Source: Polyangiaceae bacterium
Lineage (GTDB): Bacteria > Myxococcota_A > Polyangia > Polyangiales > Polyangiaceae
NCBI GenBank assembly: GCA_033763455.1
Contig: JANRKO010000006.1
Span: 160,001-224,000, forward strand
DNA: 64,000 nt
Reading direction: 5' to 3'
Part shown: piece by piece, positions 47,612 to 57,000 of the stretch
Layout: each line of letters begins with the position of its first letter
Numbering within the stretch: the first letter of the stretch is position 1
The notes under the pieces: generated by a model
The model's database searches: none
The model's input: the letters and a program-made list of their open reading frames with translations, nothing else
Told to the model about the DNA's origin: nothing
Position numbers and translations under genes: made by a program

Positions 47612-48892
47612 GTGACAACCTCTGTTGCCCAAGGCGCCCAACTTGTGGCCCACCCGCCGATTCGGCTGAGGTGGGTTTTAATGTTGGCGCTTGGTGTTGG
47701 GGTCCTGGCCTTCAGTGTACCGAGGGCGATTTCGGCTTGGCGTATGTACACCGTAGGACCCGCCGCCGCCGACTATGCGCTGTGTATGGCCGGCCCTACA
47801 GGACTGGGGCTTTTTCGCACTTCACCTGCTGAATTTCGAAAGCTGGTCCGACGTCGGCTAGTGGCGGCCGGAGCTCAGGACCGTCCGTTTGCTCGCTGTG
47901 CGGCGCTGGCTGAAAAGCTCGGAGCCAGCGCACGAGAAAAGAGTGCACTTGGAGCTCCTGCCGCGCTTTTTCAGGAATGGGAAGCCGGCGGCCAAAGCAG
48001 CTATTCTCTGGAAGACTTCGGTCTCAGCATCGCCCCGGTGAATGAGCTCTACGAACGCGCCTGGCCTTGGCTCAGAGGGGATCCGGGTCGACTCATCCAG
48101 GCGTCCCTCTTGCCGCCCACCGCGGTCCATCCGCGCGAACCCACGAGACCCGCGATGGGTCGAGGCTTGCCTGACCGAGCGAGTTGGCACCGGGCGGTCT
48201 CTTTTGGTCCAGGTCAGGCGCAGGTGACCTTTTCAAGCGGTTCCAGTTTCTCAACTTATACCTCTACCGATGGCTACAATTGGAGGGAAGTTCCGCGTTC
48301 ACGCGCAGACCATGCAGAACGTTGCTCTGGTTCATCGAGCTCATATTCCGCACAGGTAGGCCTCGATGCAGTTTCGCGTACGCCGCAGGTTCGCACCTTT
48401 AGAGGTAAACTGTTGATTTCGGAGACACCGGTTGTGCCGTCTGGCGAAATTGTCGCGACAAGCTGCGATGATCGCGGTCTTTTGCTTCTGGTTCGGCGAG
48501 GAAAGGAACAGCGACTAGGCCTCTGCTTGTATCAGGAACGTTGCCGAGAGCTAGCACTCCCGACGTTGGGTACAGGCCTCAGCCTGGAGAAGTACCCTCT
48601 TGATATCGCCAGAGCCAACGGCACAACCGTGGTTGCCGTAACGATGGGAGCCTTGGTGCGAGTGGCCTCTACGCGCAACGATGGGGTCAGCTGGACACCG
48701 TTCTCAGTGGCCTTTGATGCGCTCGAGTGGGGGCAAGGTGGCGGCCCCGAGACCCTTCCGAATCACCTGCTCGCTCTTGGGGCCAAGGTAACGCTCTACG
48801 CGGGCTTCCGGCAGATGGGCGCGGTGTACCCGGTGTTGGTGTCCGAAGACTTCGGTGCGAGCTTTCGGGGTGCCCGAGAATCTAAGCATTGA
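47612..48892 (+). CDS. membrane-anchored protein with Asp-box (BNR) motifs, possible beta-propeller
   Basis: N-terminal TM segment; STDGYNW, STRNDGVSW, VSEDFGASF. Confidence 0.55.
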   Translation: MTTSVAQGAQLVAHPPIRLRWVLMLALGVGVLAFSVPRAISAWRMYTVGPAAADYALCMAGPTGLGLFRTSPAEFRKLVRRRLVAAGAQDRPFARCAALAEKLGASAREKSALGAPAALFQEWEAGGQSSYSLEDFGLSIAPVNELYERAWPWLRGDPGRLIQASLLPPTAVHPREPTRPAMGRGLPDRASWHRAVSFGPGQAQVTFSSGSSFSTYTSTDGYNWREVPRSRADHAERCSGSSSSYSAQVGLDAVSRTPQVRTFRGKLLISETPVVPSGEIVATSCDDRGLLLLVRRGKEQRLGLCLYQERCRELALPTLGTGLSLEKYPLDIARANGTTVVAVTMGALVRVASTRNDGVSWTPFSVAFDALEWGQGGGPETLPNHLLALGAKVTLYAGFRQMGAVYPVLVSEDFGASFRGARESKH

Positions 48893-48926
48893 GCGCGCGT
48901 TTTCCTCAAGCGCCCTTAGCCCCCGG

Positions 48927-51900
48927 CTACAAGCGTGAACGTGCGAGTGTGTAGTCGTCTGACAGGCTAAAGACCGCTAGCTCTCGCGCTTCGTTGTGCC
49001 GCATCAAAAATCGAACGCGCGCCTCGCGATCAAGATCGCGTAAAGAATGCTGTCCGGAACTGAGCGCTATGGCCTCCATCGCGGTGTTCACGTTGCCGTA
49101 CGCCAAAAGCGCTGCTCGGCTGGCCCACTGCTGTGCCAAGATCCCGAGTTGATTCGCACGATTCCCGAGCGTTTGGGCCACTTGGGCAGCCAAATCTGCA
49201 AGTTCGGGTGAGGCGGGCAACATGTATGGCGTGAGTTTGGCACGCGCGCTTGCAAGCTTGGCTGCATCCACGTTGATCGGGTGAACCTGTGGAGAAAGTA
49301 AGTTGAGTAGGGCCGCGAGGATCGGGCCGAGCTCGATCGCCGCAAGCCGAGTCAGTACCGAGGTGTGCGCCATGAGGAGCTTCAGACTGCGTGTGATCAC
49401 GAAGGTGCGCACGGTGGGCTCGCTGAGAGCCAGGCTCTTGCCGACGATCAAGAGGGGGCCGGCACCGAGTGTTGGGATGCACACCGCGCCCAGAACAGGA
49501 GAAGCGAGAATTGTCGGAGTAGGGAGCCCCAATTGAGCGGAAATCTCCACTACCTCCTCTTCGAGCGAGAGCTCCGTGCTTCCAAACGGTTCGGCGCGCA
49601 GGGTGTGAGCGTCCAAGGGGTACGCGAGTTCCAGGATTTGGTGGGTTTGAGCCAGCAACGTGCGAAAACCCTGCGTGAAGATCTCCGGAGCCAAAAGATC
49701 ATCGAATGCCGAGTCGAGTGCCCCGAGCCCCACCCCGCGCAATGCGAAGGAGCCTCCAATTAGGCCGGAGAGCGTCGCTTCCGCAGCTTCGCCAAGCGCC
49801 AGATCTTGTTTGAGTTCAGCGGCTTTGCGGAGAAGCTGAAAGAAGCTTGGGTCAAAGCGCCCGGCGCTTACGGCACGGCGGGCATCGGCGAGGGCTGTTT
49901 GCAGGGCCTTATCCGAAAGATCTGTTTGCCCCGCACGTCGATAGACGCCCACGAGTGCACTCAGGACATCACCGTCTTGAGGCCACTGACGTCGAGCTCT
50001 TTCAAGTGTGGCCTGTGCCTTCTTTGGTTCCTGAGCCGCATGTTCCTGCAACAGTGCCAACTCGACCGTGCGGTTTCGCTTTTCGTCGTCGGTGGTGGCG
50101 TGCTCCAACAGTTGAGTGGCAAGCTTGATCGCTCGATCCGTCTGACCGAGCTTGCTATAGACTTGAGCCAGGGCCTGAAGCGCCCTTGCGTCATCCGGGT
50201 TGCGCTTGAGAACCTCGTTGAATGCCACTTCAGCACGCTCCGGGTTTGGTAGCTCTGCGCTATAGAGGTGCCCCAAACGGAGGTAAATTTCAGTCTGTTT
50301 CAGTGGATCAACCAACTGTCGAACCACGCGCAGCCAGGCCTGCTCCGCCGCCGTAAAGTCGCAAGCCTGGACACTCAAGTCCGCAAAAGCAGTGAGCGCT
50401 TCGGCGTGGTTGGGTGAAAGCTCTAGCACTCGGGATAGACCTTCGCGTGCTAGCGCATGCTCACCAAGGCCAATCAGTGTTCGGCATCGATCCACCTCTA
50501 GTGGCAAGCGGACCTCAAGGTCGCTCGTTATCGCCAATCGTTGCTCAAGCAGATTCACTACGTTCGCGAGCTGGTTAGTTTCACGATAGAGGGCGAGGAG
50601 CCGCGTAAACGTGTCGTCGTCCCGCGGGTCAATGTCGAGCGCTCTTCTGAGCGACTCAATGGCCCTGGGTTTGTCGTCCACGTGATCTTGCCAGACCATC
50701 GCAGCCCGGCGGAAAGCCCGACGTTGTTGCTCTGGCGAGCTGCTCGCGGCCCCCAGTGCCTCCCACGCGCGCGCGGAGGCAGAATAATCGCCGAGCCTTT
50801 CCGTCAGATCTGCTTTGCGCATAAGGAGCACCCAGTGCTCACCCACGGCTTCGAGTCCCTGATTGATCAGGGCAAGCGCGGTGGGATAACGCTCCAGTGC
50901 CATGGTGGCCTCTGCGGCTCGGAGCGTCAGTGTTGCGCGGTCCAGCGGGTTTTCAGCCCGTTCGATGAGAGGGTAGCTCAACGTAAGCGTGCGCTCGGCG
51001 TCGCGCCCAAGCGCCTGCGTGTACAACTTTCTCTGTGCCCAAAGGGGAGGGGAGAGTTGCCCGTGGGCGAACGTCGTCGCAGCCTCGGAGCGCTCAGGCT
51101 GATCGGAAACAACGCCGAGATGCGCCGCGAGCCACGCGTAGGCGAGACCTGTGTGCCCATCTAGCTCCGCGGCAAGAACCTCGCTGATCCTTGCTAGCTC
51201 TATCCAGGGTTCGCGTTCGGCAACGGCACTTCGTCGAACAGCGTACAACGCTGGAATGTGCCTGGGCACCAGGCTCAAAATGGCTCGGTACTCGCGGAGA
51301 CTTTCTTCGTTTCGGTCCTGGAGGCTGAGCAGTCTGGCTCGTTCGTTCAAGATTGGGAGGCGGTCCGCGGGACCTGCCTCAAGCGCAGCTTGGGACGCGC
51401 GAATGTACTCGTCGAGCCCTCGACCTTCGCGCAGGTTCAGATCGTGAATGAAGCGACCGAGTGGTTCGTCGGGACCCCCCAGGCACTCGACCGCTTTGTC
51501 CCGTTCTCCCAGTGCGGCGTATATGAGTGCTGATGAGAATCCGAGTGTGCGCGCATCTTCTGCGGGGAGTTGGGCAGCGAAAAGCTGCCTCAGTTCGGCT
51601 CGTTCTCGGAGCTCCAGCGCGCTCCATCGCTCGAGGAAAAGGGCCGTGGCTAGGTCTTTTTGGCCAAGATCGATCGCTTGTTCCAGAAGGCTGCGCGCTA
51701 CATCCGGCGCGGTTTGCGCCACATGCCAACATTCTCGAAGCAGCAATAGTGCTTGCTCTCGGGGCGTTGACCGATGCCTTCGGACTTCGCGGAAGAGATC
51801 GCCGAGTACCACTTCTTCGTTCCTTCGCCGTGCGTCGCGAAAACGCAGGTCCTCGGCGAAAGGCAAGGAAGGTTCGGCTTCGAATGCTTCTTTCAGAGTT

Positions 51901-54020
51901 TTCTGATAGTCGCGGTGTTCGTTGCCTAAATGAAGCGAGCTTTCCGTCAGAAGGAGGGCTCGCCGGACCGGATCTTCGGTGGCTTCCGCCACACTCAACA
52001 ATAGCTGAGCCTGGAGTTCTGCGGGCTTACCCTCAAGCAAAACGCGCGCGATACCCTCATTGTCAGCGTTGCGGCGGAGCGCCTCCGTGTAACAGACCAG
52101 CGCGTCGCTAGTAAGGCCGTGGGCTTCGTAGAGCAGCGCTGCGGTGAGCAGGCGAGCAGAAGGACCGCTGGGATCTTTAGCCTCTTCTCGAAGTTGATCG
52201 GCTAGCCCCTGAGCATCGCGATTCCTGTGCTTGAGCTCGAGTTGCAAGGCCGCAATGAGTGACTTTGCGCTGGCTGGGGCGCCGCGGTAGCGGAGCGCCT
52301 CGCTCAAGGCAGTGAGTGGCTCCGTTGCGCTCAGGGCGCTTGTGTCTGCAAGCGCGTGGGCCAGCCTGGCTTGCCAGATCGCTTCGTGGTCACCCGCGTA
52401 GGCTCGTTCTTCAGGGGGAATATCAGATGCCGTGGCCGTCACTGCGGCAAATAGAGGCAACGATTCGCGGCTATGCAGGGACTCCGAAATGAGGTCACGG
52501 CCCTTTCCCAGTGCCGCACCCAAGAGCGCATAGAGAGCCGTTCGTTCCTCAAGGCTCAACGCCCGTTCTCCGCGCGCTTCACCTATAAGTTGGAGCACGT
52601 GCTCGAATTGCCCTGCCTCCACGTTGCCCGCGACAAGGGCGCGCGTAACCAGCGCTGACTCCTTTCGCTTGGCGAGTTCCTCAAGATGCTCTAGCGCTTG
52701 TCCACGTGTCTCCGCTCGATGGCTGAGGAGCATGGCACGCAGCCACAAGGTCGCGCCCTTGAGGCCTTTCGACTGAGCGATGGGTTCCAGGTTCTTGACG
52801 ACTTCCCCCGTCTGCCTATCCCGCATGGCCCGGCTTGCCTGCTGGAAGGCGACACTCATTGGCACATGCTGCCAGGTGTGGTTGGCGCCGGTTCCTCGGG
52901 CCCGTAGCATGTGTTGAGCCGCGTGCTTGAGTTCGCTCAGGCCGTCGCTTTCAGGCCACGTTTCCGGCGACGTTTTGGGGGCTTCAACGTTTTCCAGAAA
53001 TGCGTTGAGCAAGCACCTCGGGTCCGTGGGCTTGAGCTTGCTCAGTAGTTCAACCTTGCGGCTGTGCTGCCCATCATCGCCGAGCTTGAGCCTTTGGATC
53101 TCCGACGAGAAATAGCTGGCGTGGGCGCGTGTTTCCGCTCCCTCACCAGCGCGCAGTTCCCGTTCAAGCTCGTCTGAAACTTTCTTCCAGTCTCCGCGTT
53201 GAGCCGCGAACCACCGCACCTGGCGCGATGCGACTGAAGCGCTTGCGCTTGCTTCGGCTGCCGCAGTCGCGAGTTGGCCTCCGCGAGCAAAATCGCCGAC
53301 CATCGCGCAGAGCTCACTTGCCACCACCAACAGGCGGGCACGGGCTTTGGGATCCTTGGTGACTTGGGCCTGTTGCTCCAGCCACGCTGCCCGTTCGGCC
53401 CACTGCTCCAACATGCCCGATGCGTTGATGTGCAGCGCTGCGGAACGTTCTCCCTCAAGCGTTCGAGGGATGTTTCGAGGCAGCGGTGGTGGTTTAGATG
53501 TGCGCCTCAGCGTGAGTGCCTCTTCGGCAAAGGACTCGGGCCCCCACTCGTCGCCAGGAGCGTCGGGTTGCCCCGGGAAGGCGCGCTCCTCGTTGGCCTT
53601 AGCCTGGGCGTTAGCCGAGAGCGTGCTCGGGTCGAATGAGGAGACTGGCCCTGACCAAGCCTGAGGAGTGGGGGTGTGCGGCGGCTGTTCGACGACTGGG
53701 AGATCTTCGGGAGCGGAAGGTGGGTGAATGGACGGCAACGCTGCCTCCAAGAGGGCGTCAATCTCGTCGTCGCTGCGTGGGGCAGGCCGAGCCAGATCCG
53801 GCGGACGACCGATCGACACGGGGGCGCCTTCGATTCTGGGCGGGGGACCTGAGGCGGCAATTGAAAGGTGGTGGTGTCCAAGCGGTGGGGGCGCGGATGC
53901 GCGGTCGCCGCTGTTGTCGTCACTCAACAGTGCATCCAGCAGCTCCTCCGGTCGAATCGAGGCCGGGCTTGCTTCTGCTTCCGCACCGTCGGGCGGTGGC
54001 GTCAGGTTTCGGTCCGTCAT
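48927..54020 (-). CDS. giant TPR-repeat protein
   Basis: Pro-rich N-terminus and TPR motifs (RRALDIDPRD, VLELSPNH, VLKRNPDD); ATG 54020 overlaps the upstream stop. Confidence 0.8.
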   Translation of the reverse strand: MTDRNLTPPPDGAEAEASPASIRPEELLDALLSDDNSGDRASAPPPLGHHHLSIAASGPPPRIEGAPVSIGRPPDLARPAPRSDDEIDALLEAALPSIHPPSAPEDLPVVEQPPHTPTPQAWSGPVSSFDPSTLSANAQAKANEERAFPGQPDAPGDEWGPESFAEEALTLRRTSKPPPLPRNIPRTLEGERSAALHINASGMLEQWAERAAWLEQQAQVTKDPKARARLLVVASELCAMVGDFARGGQLATAAAEASASASVASRQVRWFAAQRGDWKKVSDELERELRAGEGAETRAHASYFSSEIQRLKLGDDGQHSRKVELLSKLKPTDPRCLLNAFLENVEAPKTSPETWPESDGLSELKHAAQHMLRARGTGANHTWQHVPMSVAFQQASRAMRDRQTGEVVKNLEPIAQSKGLKGATLWLRAMLLSHRAETRGQALEHLEELAKRKESALVTRALVAGNVEAGQFEHVLQLIGEARGERALSLEERTALYALLGAALGKGRDLISESLHSRESLPLFAAVTATASDIPPEERAYAGDHEAIWQARLAHALADTSALSATEPLTALSEALRYRGAPASAKSLIAALQLELKHRNRDAQGLADQLREEAKDPSGPSARLLTAALLYEAHGLTSDALVCYTEALRRNADNEGIARVLLEGKPAELQAQLLLSVAEATEDPVRRALLLTESSLHLGNEHRDYQKTLKEAFEAEPSLPFAEDLRFRDARRRNEEVVLGDLFREVRRHRSTPREQALLLLRECWHVAQTAPDVARSLLEQAIDLGQKDLATALFLERWSALELRERAELRQLFAAQLPAEDARTLGFSSALIYAALGERDKAVECLGGPDEPLGRFIHDLNLREGRGLDEYIRASQAALEAGPADRLPILNERARLLSLQDRNEESLREYRAILSLVPRHIPALYAVRRSAVAEREPWIELARISEVLAAELDGHTGLAYAWLAAHLGVVSDQPERSEAATTFAHGQLSPPLWAQRKLYTQALGRDAERTLTLSYPLIERAENPLDRATLTLRAAEATMALERYPTALALINQGLEAVGEHWVLLMRKADLTERLGDYSASARAWEALGAASSSPEQQRRAFRRAAMVWQDHVDDKPRAIESLRRALDIDPRDDDTFTRLLALYRETNQLANVVNLLEQRLAITSDLEVRLPLEVDRCRTLIGLGEHALAREGLSRVLELSPNHAEALTAFADLSVQACDFTAAEQAWLRVVRQLVDPLKQTEIYLRLGHLYSAELPNPERAEVAFNEVLKRNPDDARALQALAQVYSKLGQTDRAIKLATQLLEHATTDDEKRNRTVELALLQEHAAQEPKKAQATLERARRQWPQDGDVLSALVGVYRRAGQTDLSDKALQTALADARRAVSAGRFDPSFFQLLRKAAELKQDLALGEAAEATLSGLIGGSFALRGVGLGALDSAFDDLLAPEIFTQGFRTLLAQTHQILELAYPLDAHTLRAEPFGSTELSLEEEVVEISAQLGLPTPTILASPVLGAVCIPTLGAGPLLIVGKSLALSEPTVRTFVITRSLKLLMAHTSVLTRLAAIELGPILAALLNLLSPQVHPINVDAAKLASARAKLTPYMLPASPELADLAAQVAQTLGNRANQLGILAQQWASRAALLAYGNVNTAMEAIALSSGQHSLRDLDREARVRFLMRHNEARELAVFSLSDDYTLARSRL

Positions 54021-57000
54021 TGCACCCCCAGGCCCAGCTCTCTGCGCAGCGCGAGGTAGCGTGGATCCAGCACAAAACACAGCAGCTTGCGTAACCGCTC
54101 ACGCTCGTCCACGGACGACACCCGGCTCCCCCGCATATCTGGAGTTTTTGCAAGAACCCAGGAAACGTCACCGGCTGCGAGCGCCGCAACACGGTCCATA
54201 CTTGATAGGGCTGCGGCAACCCAGCGGAGGGGCTCTTGGGCAGCTTGGCTGGTTTGCTCCAACAGCGGGGGTAAAGCCTTTCTTGCCTTTCGGCTCAGAC
54301 CTTTGCCGAGGAGGCGAACGAATTCTGCAGTGAGGGCGTAGCTCGGGGCTTTTTGGTCAACACCCAAAACCTGACCGGTTGCCGCGATGAGTGCGGCGAC
54401 TTCGGTGGGCTCACGCGATCGTAGAATGCTTGTCCCGCGTCTTAGTGCAAACAGTTCGCGTGCTACAGCTTGACGGTGCGCGGGGGATAGCGGCGAGAGG
54501 ACGGAGGTGCCGATAACCAATGCGGGTGGCTCGCCGACAATTCCTCGCACTCTGTCTGGTTGCTCCCCGCCTACGTACAACTCAAATTCGCCCACGCCTA
54601 GCGCCCCTGCCCACGCGGAGATTTCGTTTCGGATGGCGAGCCCGAGCCGCGGCTCAACCCGTTGCTTTTTGCCCACTCCGAAACTCTCGAGCGTCGGTCC
54701 GAGGATCTCGGCGTAAGAAGGGGCAGCCTCATGAAACAATTGCGCCAGAGGTCCCTCGTCCTCAGGGTCCAAAAGGTCAGGGATGGAATGCGCGTCGATA
54801 GCCATACTCGGACTTGATGGGACCTTTTCGTCGAGCTTCCGCAGTTCGGCTTCGATCGCTGGGTCCCCGTGGCCCAGCAGAACGAGCGCCCCGAGTGTGA
54901 CTTGCCGCAAGGGTGCATCACCGAGGCACGTCGCTAGGCGGTCGAGGAGCTTCAGCGGTCCTGGTTCGAAGGGGTCGCTGAGGACGAGTCGCACGAGTGG
55001 TGTGCGTGAGCGGTTAGCCAATTGCTGCATTATCTCGGCATCGTGCTCACTTGTCGCCATTACAAGGTCTAGCGCTTCGGGATCCGCCGGCAGTTCTGCG
55101 AGCAGGCAGAGGGCCGCTTTCTTAGCGCGAGCCGGTTGCTGCAGCTTATCGCGAGCGATCACTAGGCATAGACGAGCAGCCTCTGCGCGCCCCTGGGACG
55201 TTTCGCGCTCCCGGCTCAGATCTTCTAACACATCCAACGCCTGTTCGAAGGCGCCGGCGCCGGCGGCGGCGCGGGCTAGCCGTTCACGCACCGGCAACGT
55301 GCTATGGCCCGAGCGGTAGAGGTCCGCCAAGACGGACAGCGCTTTTGGCGTGTCCTTCAGTCTGTTTTCATAGATATCAACCGCCGCAACGCCACTCATA
55401 AGACGCTGCTGGGCGGGTGCGTTGCGCTGATTCGCTAGATTGGCGAGTTGTTCGGCGGCCTGGGCGAAGTCCCCTTGGCTCATGTAGATTTCGGCGGCGA
55501 GAGCCAGGGCTCCGACGTGATCGGGCTCCAGCATCTGAACGCTCTCAAGCGCTAATAGTGCTTCGGGCAGCCGATTCAATGAACGCATCGCTCGCGCCCG
55601 TTCCCAAAAAAGCTTAGCGAGTTCCTCGGGGTCGTCGGTTGCGCTTTCGCGAGCATCGATCAGCTCTAGCAATCTCGGGTGGTCCTTTTTCTCACGAACA
55701 ATCCTAAACAGACGGTCAAAACACCGTGTACGGTGAATATCCCGCGCAACAGATCTGGAAAGCGCGTGTTCGCCAAGCACGGGTTCACTCAATTCATCCA
55801 GGAGAATGCCTGCAGCTTTTTCCCAGTAGAGTGCCCCCTGGGCATCGTCGGTCACAGAATCGCCGAGGCCTGCGTAGGCCTCCGCCAAAAGGCCCCGGTT
55901 GTTGCTAGCTTCGGCCACGGCACGGAGCCCCTCCCAAACGAAAATATCTTCGGGGCTTTCCGCAGCAGCTACCTGGAAGGCTTGTTCAGCGGACGCTAAT
56001 TCACCCGCGGCCAGCAGATTGTAGCCTGCAAGAGCGGTCAGAAGGCTTCGGTTCTCATCACCCAAAACGTCCATGGCGTGTGCCAGGGATGTGGCGCGTC
56101 GGCGAGGATCGCTGCCGGGCGGCGAAAGCTCAAGGTTGAGGAGGCGCGACTCCGCGTCCGTGCCGGTGAGTTCGGGCTTGGGGGCGTTTTCGTCGAGCAG
56201 CAACTGCATCGTCGCCGCTGTTCTTTCGAACGTGCAACGAGCGGAGCCGTGCAAGCGTGCTGCAAGCGTGTGGTGGGCGCGTGCCTCGCTTTCTGGATCC
56301 TCGCTCTGTTGCGAAGCCCAGAGCCACTCGAGGGCTGGTAGCACGGTTGGGTCGCACTTTACCCACTCTTCGGCGCAATCCCGAATATCTGCCTGCCCAG
56401 AGCTCTCGTCAGCTAAGCGCGCGTAGTACGTAGCTGAGCGGGCGATGACGGTGGCTTGCTCGCCCCAGTCCGCGAGGCGTTCGAATACCTCGCAGCGTTC
56501 ATCGCAGCTTGCCTCCGTTGCGTTGAACCAGAGTGCCTCGGTGAGTGCTGACGTCGAACAAAGCTCTGACGGGGTTTCTGCGACTAAGAGTGCAAGCGTT
56601 TCGCCGGCCTTGGCTAGCCCATCTGGCTCCTGTGCTTCTAGAGTAAAGCGCTCCAATAGTAGTAGGGCGCGGCTCTCATCGGAAAGCGGCGCTTCTAGAG
56701 CTTTGCGTCGCACGTCCGGGAGATCTGGCTGGTGCACGCGTCGACCCCAGGCCAAGAGCGGACGGCTCGCAGCCGGTGCGAGCTCGTGGGCGCTCTCAAA
56801 GCTAGCCAAAGCGGTCTGAGGCTCGTTAGCGCGCCATGAGCATAAGCCAGCTTGCAGTAGCAATGCCGCCGCATGTTCACGGTCGTGGGTCCCGAGCGCA
56901 AGCTGGCTGAGGGCTTGAGCCGTTTCCTTCCAAGCTCCACGCTTTTGGCTCAAGTTGGCCATCATCAATGCCGCTACGGGTTCTCTATAGCCAGATTCTT

